In this document: piece after piece, positions 58,086 to 59,192 of the stretch
How positions within the stretch are numbered: the first letter of the stretch is position 1
Layout: every line of letters starts with the position of its first letter
DNA from: Paracoccaceae bacterium
GTDB lineage: Bacteria > Pseudomonadota > Alphaproteobacteria > Rhodobacterales > Rhodobacteraceae
DNA: 59,192 nt
Assembly: GCA_042092935.1 (NCBI GenBank)
Contig: JBELFK010000002.1
Location: 1-59,192 of the forward strand
Direction: 5' to 3'
Program-made: the position numbers and the translations under genes
The notes under the pieces: generated by a model
Databases searched by the model: none
Told to the model about the DNA's origin: nothing
Seen by the model: only the letters and a program-made list of their open reading frames with translations

Positions 58086-59192
58086 ATGACCGAACTAACT
58101 CACTTCGTGAATGGTGAACACGTGGCCGGTACAACCGGACGATTTGCCGATGTAATGAACCCCGCCACTGGCGAGGTTCAGGCCCAGGTGCCGCTCGCCT
58201 CAAAGGCAGAAGTTGACGCGATCGTCGCCAAAGCCGCCGAGGCTCAGGTCGCTTGGGGGGCCACAAACCCGCAGCGCCGCGCCCGCGTGATGATGAAGTT
58301 CGGCGCGCTTATCAACGAGCACATGGACGAATTGGCCGAGCTTATCAGCCGTGAACACGGCAAAACCCTGCCGGACGCCAAGGGCGATGTTCAGCGCGGT
58401 CTTGAGGTTGTCGAGGTCTGCATGGGCGCGCCAAACCACCTTAAGGGCGAATTCATGGGCGACGGTGGTCCGGGCATCGATCTTTATTCCGTGCGTCAAC
58501 CACTCGGCGTCGTTGCGGGGATCACACCCTTTAACTTTCCGGCGATGATCCCACTGTGGAAAATGGCCCCCGCGATTTCTTCAGGCAACGCCATGGTTCT
58601 CAAACCGTCCGAGCGCTGCCCCTCGACCGCGCTACGCTTGGCGGAATTGTTGAAAGAGGCCGGCCTGCCCGATGGCGTGCTTCAGGTTATCAACGGCGAC
58701 AAGGAATCCGTTGATGCGCTTTTGGACAATGAGACCATTCAAGCGGTGGGATTTGTCGGCTCAACGCCGATTGCCCAGTATATTTATGCCCGAGCAACGG
58801 CAAACGGTAAACGTGCCCAGTGCTTCGGTGGCGCTAAGAACCACATGGTTATCATGCCAGATGCTGACATGGACAAAGCAGCCGACGCCCTTGTGGGGGC
58901 TGGATTTGGCGCAGCAGGCGAACGCTGCATGGCGATCTCGGTCGCTGTCCCCGTGGGTCAGGAGGCCGCCGACGCCTTGGTCGAGCGCCTGATCCCACGT
59001 ATCGAAAAGCTGAAAGTCGGACCCTACACCGCCGGAGACGACATCGACTTTGGTCCGGTTATCACCAAGGTCGCGCAGGACCGCATCAAGGGGCTAATCA
59101 CCTCGGGCGCGGACCAAGGCGCAACGCTGGTACGCGACGGTCGCGACTTTTCGCTTCAGGGGTATGAGGACGGCTATTTCGTTGGCCCAACC
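58086..59192 (+). CDS. mmsA: CoA-acylating methylmalonate-semialdehyde dehydrogenase (5' part, runs off the window)
   Basis: It is absent from the ORF track because no stop lies in the window. ATG at 58086 with a GGAGA SD. 369 open codons: MTELTHFVNGEHVAG...GITPFNFPAMIPLWK...GERCMA. Confidence 0.9.
   Translation, partial: MTELTHFVNGEHVAGTTGRFADVMNPATGEVQAQVPLASKAEVDAIVAKAAEAQVAWGATNPQRRARVMMKFGALINEHMDELAELISREHGKTLPDAKGDVQRGLEVVEVCMGAPNHLKGEFMGDGGPGIDLYSVRQPLGVVAGITPFNFPAMIPLWKMAPAISSGNAMVLKPSERCPSTALRLAELLKEAGLPDGVLQVINGDKESVDALLDNETIQAVGFVGSTPIAQYIYARATANGKRAQCFGGAKNHMVIMPDADMDKAADALVGAGFGAAGERCMAISVAVPVGQEAADALVERLIPRIEKLKVGPYTAGDDIDFGPVITKVAQDRIKGLITSGADQGATLVRDGRDFSLQGYEDGYFVGPT

Overview
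The window looks like core chromosome from a Rhodobacterales-type alphaproteobacterium. I infer this from gene order and protein sequences; GC is mid-to-high 50s by eye. Note that the supplied ORF track renders TTG and GTG starts as M, so I re-picked several starts from SD sequences and stop/start overlaps.

Layout:
- 1-18982 (minus strand): rnj fragment, coaX, birA, then a complete 14-gene NADH:quinone oxidoreductase operon (nuoA-N). Six non-nuo ORFs are intercalated in it, most of them translationally coupled to their neighbours.
- 19230-27361 (minus): leucine/isovalerate catabolism cluster (ivd, acyl-CoA ligase, mccB, mccA, HMG-CoA lyase, methylglutaconyl-CoA hydratase).
- 27492-34684: DegT-type aminotransferase divergent from an MmgE/PrpD protein, HAD phosphatase, AlkD-like protein, moaA, class II aldolase, Tat-exported YHS protein, tRNA-Leu(GAG), membrane protein.
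- 34789-41814: membrane-anchored LytTR protein, lipB, c2-type cytochrome, orphan ctaD, ArsR/SRPBCC/DUF2244-like trio, YqeY-like protein, carA.
- 41875-50276: a GT2 synthase with an N-terminal MshEN-like (c-di-GMP receptor) module, GntR regulator, pyrimidine 5'-nucleotidase, UbiH-family monooxygenase, class V aminotransferase, two overlapping Lrp/AsnC genes, ilvC, GyrI-like protein.
- 50341-59192: Atm1-type ABC exporter, a polyanionic LysM protein, LOG-family protein, gap, coaD, CBS protein, LysR regulator, 5' part of mmsA.

I saw no transposase, integrase, phage, CRISPR or recognisable defence genes, so I cannot point to an obvious new multi-gene system.

Items most worth a second look:
1. A PAPS-type sulfotransferase wedged between nuoC and nuoD, plus the five other nuo-embedded ORFs.
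2. The MshEN-GT2 fusion, a candidate c-di-GMP-gated polysaccharide synthase, with a hairpin covering its ribosome-binding region.
3. A LysM protein with about 245 consecutive residues lacking Lys or Arg.
4. Candidate operators: tandem LacI-type palindromes at gap, tandem FNR-type boxes at ctaD, and palindromes at the liu and arsR promoters.

All family assignments come from motif recognition by eye. No database search was run.
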